Source: Antedon mediterranea | Lineage: Eukaryota > Animalia > Echinodermata | NCBI RefSeq assembly: GCF_964355755.1 | Contig: NC_092672.1 | Span: forward strand, 21,713,237-21,777,236 | DNA length: 64,000 nucleotides | Direction: 5' to 3' | Part shown: in pieces, positions 38,366 to 51,756 of the stretch | Numbering within the stretch: the first letter of the stretch is position 1 | Layout: every line of letters begins with the position of its first letter | Notes under the pieces: generated by a model | The model's database searches: none | What the model saw: only the letters and a program-made list of their open reading frames with translations | Told to the model about the DNA's origin: nothing | Made by a program: the position numbers and the translations under genes

Positions 38366-41300
38366 TCACCAAACATACCCGTAAGGAACTGTGCGATAAT
38401 TTTCGATAATAATTCTTTTGTCGTACACGATTCGATAGTCTTTAGTCGATGTTTCGTTGACTATCTTTCGTGTTTTTGGCTTGCGCGTTATGCGATTCTT
38501 CTCAACCGTCTTAATTGTATCGGGGCCAACACCCCTTACCATATTGGAGACGGTGTCAAAATTAATTTTCTGAGCGTTTGTAAAGTTAAGGGTAAAACCC
38601 TTAACTTTACAAACGGTCTTCCCCGTATCCAATTTATAGGCGTAGTTCTTAGGCCCCCCAGAAACGAAGGACTCGATGAATTTACCATCTTTAGGATCGA
38701 CCTCGGTCGTTAACTGACCCAAATAGTCGCCCAGGGGAGGGTCCCAATCCCCGGGTTTTGATACGAAGATTACGCTGTCGGTATCATAATACAGGACGCG
38801 CTCCTGTAATTGTTCCAACAGCTCGTACAATTTTAAACGCGCTAACGCTGTGGTAAATGCGGCAATGACAACGTTAACCTTTCGGTTAACTTCTACAAAT
38901 TGTTCCTCGTCCTCGTATTTTACCTCCGCCAAATCATCATTAACAAAATTTATGTCATGAACGGTTATCCCAGGGTTCGATAAAATATCGTAAACCTTGT
39001 TAGGATCTTGCGTATATTTAATTTTCGTGAGATTTTCACGCTGGCCAAATTTACCCCAAAAACTATTTAGCATTAATTTGGCCAGAGATCGAAGCCCAGG
39101 ATTGTACGCAATGTCGTCATGATTCAAGTCGATACCTTCTACGGTTCGATAGTCCGAAATGTATTTTTGTTTATCTTCGGGCGTTTTACACCATTCAGGC
39201 CAACCCGAAGCTTCTTGTTTCAATTTTAAAAAGGTGTTAATGTAAGAGGCAAATAGGCCGGACGAGGGAGAATCTGCAGAGTACGCGCTTTTATTTTTAA
39301 AGTGCCATACTACGTGAACTTTACGTATCTCGTACCCAACTTCCACGGCTTTAGCGACTTCGATCGTTGCCCAAGAACCCGTAAATTCTCTATCTGTACC
39401 GGAATGATTGCAAGCGGTTTGTTGTTGGGAATCGGCGCATGTTCTACAGAGAGCAAACATTAATTTACCGTTTGATCTATAAGGTAAGACCGGATGGAAT
39501 AATTTTTTAGGCGCTTCGATTGTACACTTTATCAAGCCGAAATAATCGTTGATATCCGTGGACATGTCGTTGCGATCATTGATTTCAGGATGCCCTACGG
39601 GGTAGGTACCGTATTTATTTACATAAGGGTACAAGGAAGTATAATCTATGTAATTAATTTCTTCACCCGGTTTTACCTTATAGAACAAACAACTGGCATT
39701 AGTCCTCCCACCGAAAAACGCGTCTCTTGGATTCAAAGTTTGCCTAATTAAAGGAACTTTGGAGACGATAGATTTAATGTTTGGGGCCAACGATTGTTTG
39801 ATCCGTTTCCATTTGTGCCCCCAAATTTCGACGTATTCGAAATCCGGAAATTGTTCCTTCAGAAACCGTGATTTCTTGCTTGTCTTGACAAAGCATTCCA
39901 ACATGGTCTCGTTATTGAAGGGATTAATGGAATCGGGTCTATAACAATCTTGGCACCCGTGGAAAAAACAACCCATAAATTCGAAAATTATTTTGCTTTC
40001 TAAACATGAGCCGTCGACGAAGTAAGGCCCAAGCAATTTTTCCCCTCCATTTCTGGCATGATGGATAAAGACCCCCCTTTTATGCGACTTGTAGCACAGC
40101 CATTCCATGCTAGAGTGAGAATGGTTAACGGTTGTTAGATACCCTGATGGTGGAAATAGAGCGATGGTGGACGGTTTTAAAAAATTTCTAGAAAATACGT
40201 GGTTACACGCTGAGGCAATTGTCATTAAATTATTTGAAAAGGGGTCAACACCGCCGAGTAGAGGGTTTTTCGGCGATATAGTTACTTTCAAAAAAAGATG
40301 TCTAAAAGTAAGACAACACTTTCTGAGAATATCTACATCGCTGATACAATACTCGACGAGTTCTTTTTTAGGATCAAATACTTGATTACTTTCAATTTTC
40401 TGGTTGTACCATTTAAAGAAAGATTCTCGACCTGAAGTAGTCATTTTATCGGGGGAATAATTTGAAGAATCGGGGTAAGGACCTACGTAATTTTGGTTTT
40501 CTAAAGAATTAAAATAATGAGGAAAGTAACCCTTTTTAAGTTCGGAGATGCCAAAAGTTTTGGGCAATTTGGATAGAGGCATGGGTAGAAATGAAAGGGA
40601 ATCGATGAATCGAATGCTCGTTTCTTTAGTCCTAATCGAAATAAGTTTACCACCGCGAGCAATTACATCCGGTACAATGGAGTTTTCGTACAGGTAGTTG
40701 AGCACGAAGTAACTATCATAAACCTGGAAGTTGTGAGCGATACACGTAATATTTTCGTTAAATTTGTAATCTTTGAATACGTAATTGCAGAAATCTTCGC
40801 ATGCAGACCCCCCGTGAAAAACCACTGTTTTATCCCCACACACGTCACAATCGGCGGAATCATTAGCACCGTCGATACAATTAAGACAAGTTTTTTGAAG
40901 AACGCATAAATTTGGTTTGTGTTCGCCTGTATCTTGCGTGCATTCGAAATCAAAAAAGAAATATTTGGTGACAGCTCTGTTACGGGCCTCCTGATTCTTA
41001 AACTTTCTTTCAGTATGCTTAGGGGCTACAACCGGTTCCATGTAGCATTGATGATCGTATGAAACGAAAGTCCTACAAATTCTACAAAAGCGGTTTTGAC
41101 AATTGTGATCTTTTTGAACGATCCTATTACAAATTGAACAATTTTTAATTTTGCCACATACTGAAACTTTAGAATCAGGAGATTTTTTATGATTGGTGAA
41201 ACATTGCTTATCCTTAAAAAATCTATTACATTCTTTACATTCTATTCTACTCTCTCTATTTTCAAAAGAATTAGAAGAGGGGCAGTCATTGTGCTTACAC

Positions 41301-42962
41301 AGCACGCACGTAAATTGACAATTGTGTTGGTATTTGTGATTATACCCCTTATGACATCTATCGCAGAAATAGTCAAATTTTAGAAAACCTGTCATTGTGG
41401 TTATGAGATCGTAATGATTAGAATGATGATAAAGATATATCTGCTTCTTTCTATAATCGCCGCTAAAAATGACAGAATTTAAATTGTCTTTTGAAATGAC
41501 AATAATTTGGTAATTTGGTAATTTTGATTGCATCTTTTTTATTTCCTCGATGCCGCATGTCTGCTCCCTAACCCCCGAATCTCTAAGTAAATGAAGGGCG
41601 GCTATTTTTTGCTGACCCCTACCTTGCCTAACGTTATTCCATCTAGCCACGTTGTTAATTTTGTCTTCGAGCATAGAAATACCCGTAACAATAGCGCGTG
41701 CGCAGCAGATAGTTTCGTTATCATCATTCTTAATCTTAATTATACATTTAGCATTTAACAATATGTCGATACCGTTTCTTCTATAGCCCCCACCCCTAGG
41801 CATTCTCATGTGAAGAACGTTAAATTTAAATTTGTTATTAATAAAAATATCCGTTTTGGACTGAAGGACCTCCATAATGGCTGCAAAAATAACGTCAGCC
41901 GTAAGATGGCCCCTCCGTCCAAAAGGGATAGAGATAGGTGAATCTAACCCCTCAGCCTGTATGACTATTCGAATCATGTCGTCGACATGCACGTTAACGC
42001 AGAGATTATCGACGACATGCTCGAAAATTCGATACAGTGTGGGCAGAAACACCTCTAAACTTATATGATCAATATTAAAAAAATTTACTAAAAAATCGCT
42101 AATAGTCGCGTTAAAACGTTGATTATACCTATCAGCTACTTGAACGATTCTACAGAAGTGATTCAACTCTACCTCATCAAGGTTAAGGTCCTCGTCTTCA
42201 ACAGTATCAATGTCGGCAAATTCTTCTTCTTCTTCTTCTTCCCCGTCTTCGATTCTGAGCCTCTTTCTATTAACTCCCCTTCCGTACTGTATGGGTACAG
42301 GCTGAAAACAAAAAGAGAAAAACAGTAAAGAAAAAGAAATAAAAGACGTTGTACGACAACAACAACAACAACAACAACAACAACAGTAGTAAAGAAAATA
42401 AAACGATAGTTACCTCAATAATCGAAGACTCCGCTGAATCATTAATCTCGACATTTCCTCTCAAACTCAAACATTTGGTGTGAGCACCAACACCGTACTA
42501 TACAGAAATAAAAATAATTAGATAAATTAGAAAGGAAAACGTATATAAACCGAAAACGCAGAAACACTTTGTAAATGCCCCCAATTACAATCTACTTTTT
42601 TAGAATTATACACGGTAAAATAAATATTACGTAAAAAATAAAATAAAACAAACACCTACTTCTATGTCATCAATACGCAAATTAGCCGATAGCTCCTGCA
42701 CTATCTCAATAGCGTTATTACAAATATCCGAAAGTGAGAGGCTATCGGCTTCAGAAACACTCTGGCTAACATCTAAATCAAGATCCTGGTCATTAAATAC
42801 GAAATCTTCTAGTAGTCCAACATCGGGGATAACCTCGTCGGTATCGATATTTTCGATATTGTTTCGCGATAAACTAACGATAGCTTCTACTGCTCTCTGG
42901 CATTCGATAAACAAGCTATCGTTAGAATCGGAAGATGATGATGATGATTCGTAATGAGCCAT
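38366..42962 (-). CDS. pPolB: Protein-primed family B DNA polymerase, open 3-exon gene (42962-42660, 42497-42414, 42301-38366), predicted 1440 aa
   Basis: ExoI FFDFECTQD, ExoII HNFQVYD, ExoIII YCISDVDIL; Pol motifs DYTSLYP, KLMLNSFWGKFGQ, YYDTDS, GPKNY. Two GT-AG phase-0 introns join the ATG exon in frame to the 1266-aa ORF. Confidence 0.95.
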
Positions 42963-44852
42963 TGTAAAATAAAATTCTCTTAATCAAGAATGTGGAAGTG
43001 AGTTTAGTGCGTTGTAAGCTGGTACTGATGAGTTCACTATAAATTTACCCATATATTTATACACACTAAAATAATTTATGCATGATGTCAGTAGCGTCCC
43101 TCTTTACCCACTTTTTGTTTTATTTTAAAAGGAAACAAAGAAATCTTTTCGTAAACGTAACCAATTTAAATGACAATAAAACTAAACATTGGAAAACAAA
43201 AATCATCAGAAATAGTGAAACTAACATCATGACGTCACACATTAAACTTTAGTATGTCAAACACCCCGTGTCACTGCTTTCGATTTATCCCCCTTTGTTA
43301 ACAAATCCGGAAGATGGTTAATTACCTGTCGGTATAGTTCAATCAAGACATACTTATTATTTAACTTCATTCATTCTTATCTTTTTGTTTTAGTCATTGT
43401 TATAATATCCGGATCAAATAACTTATGTCTTTGGATTATGTCGGCATACATCAAGCAAAAACCTCAATTAACTAGTTTGAATTAACCAGGTGCATCTTTA
43501 TTGACTCTATGACTAATTCAAATCTTACAAAAACTATATTGTCTCACTTCCTTACCCTATGCATAGAGTTGATAACAACTCCCTGCCCTATGTTAACCAT
43601 TGTATTATAATCCGAAACATAACACCTATTGACTTCAACCATTGTAAACCATTTTGTTCTCATCACAAGCAACTAAATTACCATATCATTTTTATTTAAT
43701 ATTTATTAATTTTATATTATAATGTATATTAATATATAACAAATCTATATAACAATTCTAGTGAAATGATATACTCTATTGTCTTATACTATCCCCATTG
43801 TTAACCATTGTTATAACCACGACTGACTAGACCTGCAGGATAACCTCTTCGCAAAAAAAAACAAACTGTAATGACATTCAACCAAAACCCCAATTCCAGC
43901 AGCTTGCAATCAATTTGATTTTTTGTTTAAAGTATAGTTTTTTCATGTAAATCATTTTTGGTCAAATTGGACTATTATGCGGAAATTACATAACTAGTAC
44001 GAAACCAGGAAAAGAACGACCTTCATTAGAAACACCTGCAGGAAGTTACATAACTAATACAATAACAGGAAATGAACGACCTTCATTAGAAACACCTGCC
44101 GGAAACGACCTTCATTAGAAACACCTGGCGGAAACGACCTTCATTAGAAACACCTGGCGGATATTACGTAATCAGGAAATACATCAAGGTTAACTTTGGG
44201 CTGAAGTCCCACTTTTACTACTTAAAAGGCAAACAACTTTGGGGAATACATTTTTGTTATACTGATGTTGTCACAAAAGTTTGTAGTTTTTCTGATTTCA
44301 GGATATGTTATTTGTAAAGTAATGGCATAAAATTTAAACTGAATTCAAATTCCCAGGGATGATTAAATACTTTAACATTTTCCAACCACAATTCTGTATC
44401 AAGGTGCGATGTACATACATAACATGGCTCCCTGCAAAGATAAATTATGAAACTGACAGTATCATCACTTTTGCTTTGCATACACAACAATAGTGGCTCC
44501 TTGACGGGGAATTGATTACAATAATATTAACTACTGACATTCAATGATTGAAGTTTCTCCTTCATCTAATGTTCAAGCAGTATTGTTATAATTTTTTTAT
44601 TATTGAGAATTGTCCTATAATTTCACACATAAATTAATTATTCCCTCAGATTTGGAATCAAAATAAAATATACATTGACTTAGTAATGTATTTAATAATT
44701 GCCCTGATTCAATACACAACTATTAACTTAGATTGTATACTGGCTTTTTCTTTTATCCAAATGTACATATGAAAAACATAAGCACTCATTTTGAGGACTT
44801 GTGATGAGTTGAAAAACAAATAACAATATTATCAAGTTAAAGTTCAATACAA

Positions 44853-44980
44853 TTTTAGTCGCGTGGACGCGACTCTATAGTTCACTATGTCGGTTGGTCG
44901 GTCTGTCGGTCTGTCTGTCGGTCCGTCGGTCTGGTATCACTATGCGTTTAGCACGCGACTTATGGCTGTTGGCCTTGTTT
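44853..44980 (+). mobile_element. Minimal HINE/DINE-1-like Helentron derivative
   Basis: TTTT, AGTCGCGTG with adjacent inverted ACGCGACT, (GTCG/GTCT)n, 3' CACGCGACT, short GGC..GCC stem, TT flank. Confidence 0.7.
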
Positions 44981-47839
44981 TCGTAATAGTCAAATGAATA
45001 CAAAACAGAAAATATATGTAAGTTACACAATTTGTTTAAAAAGTAGCATGAAAACATATAAAATAAAATATATGATTAAAGGTAATGACCATTACAGGAA
45101 CCAGAACTTAAAATAAAATAAAATCAACAGAAATATAGAAAATAGCATATTATTTTCATCAGGAAAATTATTATATAAAAGTTTTTCTAATTAGAAACAA
45201 TGGTTAAATCAAGACTATTCCACTTATATTTGAGGTAAAACATAATTTTTTGTTTAAAATAATTGCCAAACTCTGCAATCCTCCAAAAAACATAGCAAAC
45301 CTCATTTAAACAACAAAAAAGTGATTGAATAAGTAGTGTACAACTCACTTGGTTTGTCAATTAAAATGTAAATATATTTTTGTTAAATACTTAAATTTGT
45401 GGTTAAGCATCATTTTTGGGTTTAAAAAATAATTTCTAAACCTTCACTCTCGAATTAGAGGGGGCGTAATCACCAGCCCAAACAATGTTACAGTACTGTA
45501 TAAGTAAAACATTTTATTTTAATTTCTTTAGAATACTAATAAATTTAGATATTTTATTTGATAAAAATTGTTGGCAGCCAATAATCCAATTAAAAGACCA
45601 AGGAATGCTTCACTTATTAATTTTCCATTACAAAAATATAACAATTGTTGTGTGTAAGTTTATATCTAATACAATTTGTTTTAGCCGTATTAATTAATAA
45701 TTGGTTTGTAGTGAACCATTCACTAGCTTACTTAACTCTAAATTTAAAAAGTTTAACAATACATCAATATTGATATAAAGTTGTATATAGCGAAACAACT
45801 TGAAAATATCATGGATAACAACATCAAAAGTTTTTTGATAAATCTAGAAAAGTACTTAATAAAATTAATTGTTTTTAAATGCAGTATTAACAGAATTAGT
45901 GAGTTCAAGAAAAGCATGACAAGTGGTATGGTATGCATACATTTTTCAATATTTTTTTTTAAATGGTTAAAATTAAGATTGGTAAATATTAAAATATAAA
46001 GTACTGTATATCCGTTTTGAAATACAAGATTAACTTAAAATTGTAATATGATTAGGTAAATAACCCATCATGAATGATTAATTAATGGCGTATGTGAGAT
46101 GGCTTATAATTAAGAAGCAACCTTTTTAAGAATCATGCTCTAAACCTTTACTAGAATTCAAATTACTAATTATATTAAGCACTTCTGTTTCAGATATAAA
46201 TGAGAGGCTTTATGGGAGGTAGTAATTAAGAGATTAGGTCTTTGGTATTTTTAGGTTAGAATTACAGAGTTTTACACATTTTTGAAAAATAATTTAATTA
46301 CATTCTGGCTAATTAGGTTTGTATCATAAAAATATTCATCATTAATTTTTTTAACATGAGGTGTATTTCTACTTTCTTTACCAGGATTAATTACAGAATG
46401 TATTACTTCTCATTTTTTATGTTACATTTAATCTGATTGAATTTAGTTTTGTAGCATTTTTTTCTTTGAAATTTTACAGAGTGCAGTAATATTGTTGCTA
46501 TACTTTTTATATCTTGAGATATTTGAACATTTATGAATTTGTTAAAGTTTATGCTTATGTTTACTAACTTTGTTTAGATGGGGTAGGTAGAGTGGTGTCA
46601 TCCATAGTTGTTTTAGTGTTTGGGTTTTTTTTCTTGAACTGCAAAAAGTATATAAAAAAATGTATCCAACATTAAAATTAACTTTATAGTTTAAACGAAT
46701 CAGTTTGAGAAAGATCAAAGCAAAATGCCCCTATATCTCTATATGTGCGAAAAGGGTAAAAACCCCTTAATGCAGGCTACCGTTAGACCACCTCTGGGCC
46801 TAGTAAAATTGCGGTAATATTACCGTCACGGTCTTACTGTAAGCCTGATCTGTGTGAAGAGTCCACGATATAAGGCCTGCTTTACGCAGCGAAGCAAGGA
46901 TAAATTCGGGACATTTTACTTGATTGAGAAAGACTGTGGCAATTATTTTAGGCCAAATTATTAGATTATATCAATATATATTTTTGTAGGTAAAATAATA
47001 CAATGGAAGAATACGGGCAATAATAATACAAATATAACAGATGTTGGTCCAAAGATTATTTAACTTGCTGTAACGTACGTAAGCCTAGGCCCTAGTTAGC
47101 ATAGTTCTAGCGGGAATATCCTGTGGTGTGCGCGCCTGGTGCTAGCTCATAACAGCTTCTGATAATTAAATTCGCGTCTATTTGTAGGCCTAATAGATTT
47201 TGTTTCTGTATAATGGCCATCACGATCGGGCAGTTTTAGCACGGAGTGGTGTTGGGCAAAAATATAGGTTTTATGCATCATAATAAAGACCAATAAAACT
47301 AAACGACGGACACACCAAACATCATCAGTAAACATGTGCGCGCATGGCATTTTTCGTCGGCAGTGCCCTCCATTTTTTTTTTCTAAAAAAGTGCGACCTC
47401 TATTTTATGAAGACAGTAATCTTTAAATATTGCACCTTTTAACTGTGGCCTTTCACACAGAAAATGGTAATGGCAATAATACCAGCTTGCTTACTGGGAT
47501 ATTGCCGCAATTCTATGTGAAAAGGGCTTAATTCAGTCTGAATGGTCAGGAACGTCAACCATAATCAATTATTTTTTAAATAGGTAAATGATCAGAGATG
47601 TCTGAATTGTAATACCCAATAAAATATCAAAATTGGTAGGCCTATTGTTTGTGTAAAAATAATCAATAAGTTCTGCATTAGTTTTTGTAATTCTCGTTGG
47701 TTTAGAAATCGTAGGGAAAAAAGTACAATAGTTTATAAGATGATATAAAACAATTATTAAATAGATTATGCTTATTAAATTTGATTAAAACAATTAATTT
47801 ATAATAACCGCAAAATGTTCTATGTTATTAGATTTCAGT

Positions 47840-48100
47840 TGACTTGTAAACAAAGCCATTCTTTTTTGTTTAATGATTTATAAAAAGCGAATCTCATAGT
47901 TCTTTTGTCAATAATAAATCTGGTTATATTTTGTAATAAAAAAAATCAATAATTGTGTTCTGAAATGTTGTAAATAAAGCCAATTATAGAATTCTTTTTT
48001 GTTTAATGATTTATAAAAAGCGAACCTCATATAGTTCTTTTGTCAATAATAAATCTGGTTATATTTTGTATTAAAAAAAAATAATTGTGTTCTGAAATGT
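47840..48100. repeat. ~140-bp tandem duplication
   Basis: ATTCTTTTTTGTTTAATGATTTATAAAAAGCGAA...AATTGTGTTCTGAAATGTT occurs twice. Confidence 0.85.
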
Positions 48101-51100
48101 TCATAACAGTTTTATTAAATACATTATGCGTATGACAAAGGTGGTGATTTGTTTAGAATTTCTGAATCATAAACTATCAATTGTACATTGTACCTACTTT
48201 CTGTAAGTCATGACCAACATATAGTATATATGTTTAAAGATTACCATTTTTAATCATTTTCCTTCATTAAATGCTTATTCTGGATGTCGGCAGCCGGCAT
48301 AAAAGTTTGTTGCCTTCATAGCCTTAGCTTTTCGAATTACAATGGATCTCTGCGGCTGCGCCTATAAATGATAATGTGTCTTAGGCATACTGTAGATCTT
48401 CACCTTGATTTTTCCAGTTCAGTGTGCATTTTTCAATCAAAATATTATTTAAGCCAAGATCAGTTTTAAATATGTCCTTTACAAGTTGCATTGGATCTTT
48501 TCCTTGATGTCACCAAATCTTAGGCTGTAGCTTCTAGAATGCCTTTCAACTGGTAGCAATTCAGCTTCCATGTAGCTATTGTATCCTGATCCTGTTTAGA
48601 TTTGATGTTTCACACATTCATAGTCAAACTATCGGTTGTAGCTTTAAATTTATCCTTAGTTTTATTTTGAAGTTCCATAACATTTCTGTTTAGCAATGCT
48701 TGTTAGCCTTGCTTTAGTGATGCTCTTTCCTTGTCAATCCTACTATTTATGTCAGCTGCTAAGCTACCCATTTCACCACTAAATGCATTCATTCAACATT
48801 TTTTACTTGGGGTACCCGAGTCTAGGACTCTCTCTTCTTCTCCATCTGGACACTACAGAGCCAACTTTCAAGTCCTACTAGTTCTTTACGCATTGTCTGC
48901 CAGCTCTGAAACATTGCATGCATATACTAGGGTAATAGGTGAACAAAGCTATAGAGAGAAAATGTTCATACTTCAATCGTCAATTATGACGTCATACACA
49001 TGGTACCAATCGAAAAAAATGCGATTTATAAAGTACTACTCCTCCCTTATTCGTTGTAGTACTTCTGCTCCCGGAAATAGCAAAAAATAACCGTATTTGG
49101 TAGCAAGGTTATTGATGTGTATGTGACCTTACATCCCGTCTTCTGACGTCATTACAGCTTCTTTTGCTGTACCTCGAGTATCGCACATTCGTGCTTGTTT
49201 ATTCATAGCTTGTTCAGTAGGCTCAGTTTTTTACCTATACTATGAATTTGTGTTTTTCTTGTATTCATAGTTCGAGATAAAGCACTAATAATGTGTTATG
49301 AATACTCAGGCTTATATTCTTAGTAAAATGTAATGACTTTAGAATGATCAACTGTTTGTAATTAAATATTATGCAGAGCAAGTATGTCTTCACTTAGAGA
49401 TGTCTATTGCCCTTTAATTTTACTGTAAATAAGAATTTGAGTTCTCTACACTAAAGGTTATTCACATGACAGTATGTCATATATATAGGTAACTTTATTC
49501 CCCCCAAAAAAATTACAGTATGTAATAGTGATATGTAAAAGGAATTTAAATAATAAAGCATAATAATCAGAAATAGAAAAATTTATTTAATTAATTCAAA
49601 TTGTTCAATACAATTTAAAATATTTAAAATTCCTTGAGTATTATCACAAATAAATAATGTTTTCAATTTGTAGCATTCAAAATACAGTAGGAGGGTTTGT
49701 TTATAATTTTATAATTATATTACTCGATGCGTAGGCACCCAAAAATTATTATTTTTACTCTATCTTTGGTATGGCATTCTTTAAAAATTACCTTTTTTTT
49801 TCAATGAGCTTGCCTGAATCTTCGACTGTCTGATGTTTTCAATTCTCCTTCTCCTTTTTTATTTGGATATATATTGTATTTTGTATCATCATCTTCCCAA
49901 CTTTTTTATTATTTTTTTCTGGGAGCCTAGGCGTAAAGTTGTTAAACTTATATAGGTTTCCTTCCACACATACTATGTTTTTTATTGGTTATCACAAGTG
50001 TTTATATAATTATTATTTTATGTATTTTTAATATATGTGAGGAGAACATTTATTGAATATTTATTTATTGAATATTGAACAAATCAAATCACAAGTGTTT
50101 ACATAATTATTATTTTATGTATTTTTGTGTATTTATTGAATATTGAATAAACAAATCAAAAATCAAATAAAACAAATCATAATATAATAATGTTGTGTAT
50201 GCTAAAAATGCCTTAGTAAACATGTGAACTCACATGTTGTACGAATACTATTGGGCTACTGGTTTAAATTTTGGTTTATATCTAGTAGGACTAATAATAC
50301 AATTAATTTGCATTACTAGAGTAAGCTAAGCTAGTGGCATGTTTTGAATTTAAAATGACCATTTTGATTAACTGGCATATATACAGTAAATGAAAGTGTG
50401 AAACTATTGTTTAATAGTGAATACGGTAGGTGTACTATTTAAATGTTATGATTTTCTAAAAACCAAATGATGGTTACATCACCAATAGAGTTAGCCTAGG
50501 CATCTAGGCTTATAATAGACCTACTAGACAATATGTGAAAAGGTAATTAAATAAAATACTTTTTGTCTTTTTCTATTTGGACATTGGAATCAATCATAAA
50601 TACATTTATATTTTTTTTTCGGTTACTTAGACATTTTTTTATTCATACTTCTTAAAGGATGTCACTGTAGTAATGTCTAATAAGTGCCTCTAAATTATTG
50701 AATGCACTTCCTAATGATATCACATGTTCTGTACTCCGATCTCAAGGAATTGTTTTCTGTATTTTAAGTAAAAAACTACATTTCATCAAATTACTAGTAT
50801 ATTTTAAATGATTATTGTCAGCCGTTTTTCATCTCCTCTGCCCCATATGGCTACTAAATTCCAATAATTACCATTTATATCGTTTAGTGTCTTTATGCTT
50901 CCTGTTTATTTATTTATTTTTTTTTGTATGTGTTTTGTTCTGTCTTTTTGTTTTATTGTACATGGCTTGCCCGCCACAAGTAACTTCTAGTTTAGCTTCT
51001 TCTTTTTAGCATTTAAAAAAAATTGTATATGTTTATTTTTTGAAGCAAAAGTATATTTATTATTATTTTAACTTTATTTTTGTCAAATGTTAACATTCTA

Positions 51101-51756
51101 TTTTAAAGAATAATAAATGCTACTTGAAATGAAATGAATTTATAAATTATGGAACTATTATTAAGAAAGAAAACAAATCAAATAGTTTATTCATATCGAT
51201 ATTGCAAAATTATTTTACAACTCTTTATAGAGTATTTATTGAAAAACTCATTTTATGTGTTATTATTACTACTTCTTTAAATTGTATTAATCTATTAATC
51301 AATTTTTCCTGTTGTAATCTTTTGTGGTCATTTTTAGATTTTATTTTGCATATGTTTTATGCACACATTATTTTTGTGAACAAGCTCCATTACAAAAATG
51401 ATTTTATTATTATTATTATATTATAACTTATATTATCAAGGTTCTTTTATTTTTGAATGAATCCCAAAAGTTTGAGATCTGTCAGTCTTTATAGTGTAAA
51501 GCTGGGGTTAAGACAGAGCTAAAATCCTCTGGATAGGAAATAAGGTAGTATAAACTCTTGAGATGGTGAAAAATGTTTTGCAGAGCAAAGTTTTTAATGG
51601 AATTTTTATTTGATGACCTCTCCCCCCCCCCTACCCCCAACTAAACAAGTTTTAGATTACATCGTTCCTCTTGAGTTTATTTTGTAGTATAAATGAAGCA
51701 TGGCCTCCTGAGCTCAATTTGATTCTTTCAAAGTTAAAATGATATATATACTAATA

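Larger units (their letters stand above)
29588..44222. mobile_element. Fully palindromic Maverick/Polinton-derived element (polymerase-only)
   Basis: Starts AGTAGTAAAAGTGGG and ends CCCACTTTTACTACT. TAAAAG TSD at 29582-29587 and 44223-44228. Arm 29588-36870 is the reverse complement of 36910-44222. pPolB in both arms. Confidence 0.95.

Noticed and set aside
29588-44222. Palindrome as an assembly or fold-back read artefact
   Set aside because: Flanks are unique on both sides with a 6-bp TSD, host exons keep the same orientation, and the arms carry private substitutions and a 31-bp indel. Reads are still needed for final proof.
29588-44222. Two independent Polinton insertions tail to tail
   Set aside because: One TSD pair encloses both arms, both arms break at the same point, and there are no internal termini.
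48270-48900. Possible LINE ORF1 remnant on the minus strand
   Set aside because: Only weak short motifs (KGILE, PKTHYH/RHII-like) amid stops; not supportable by eye.
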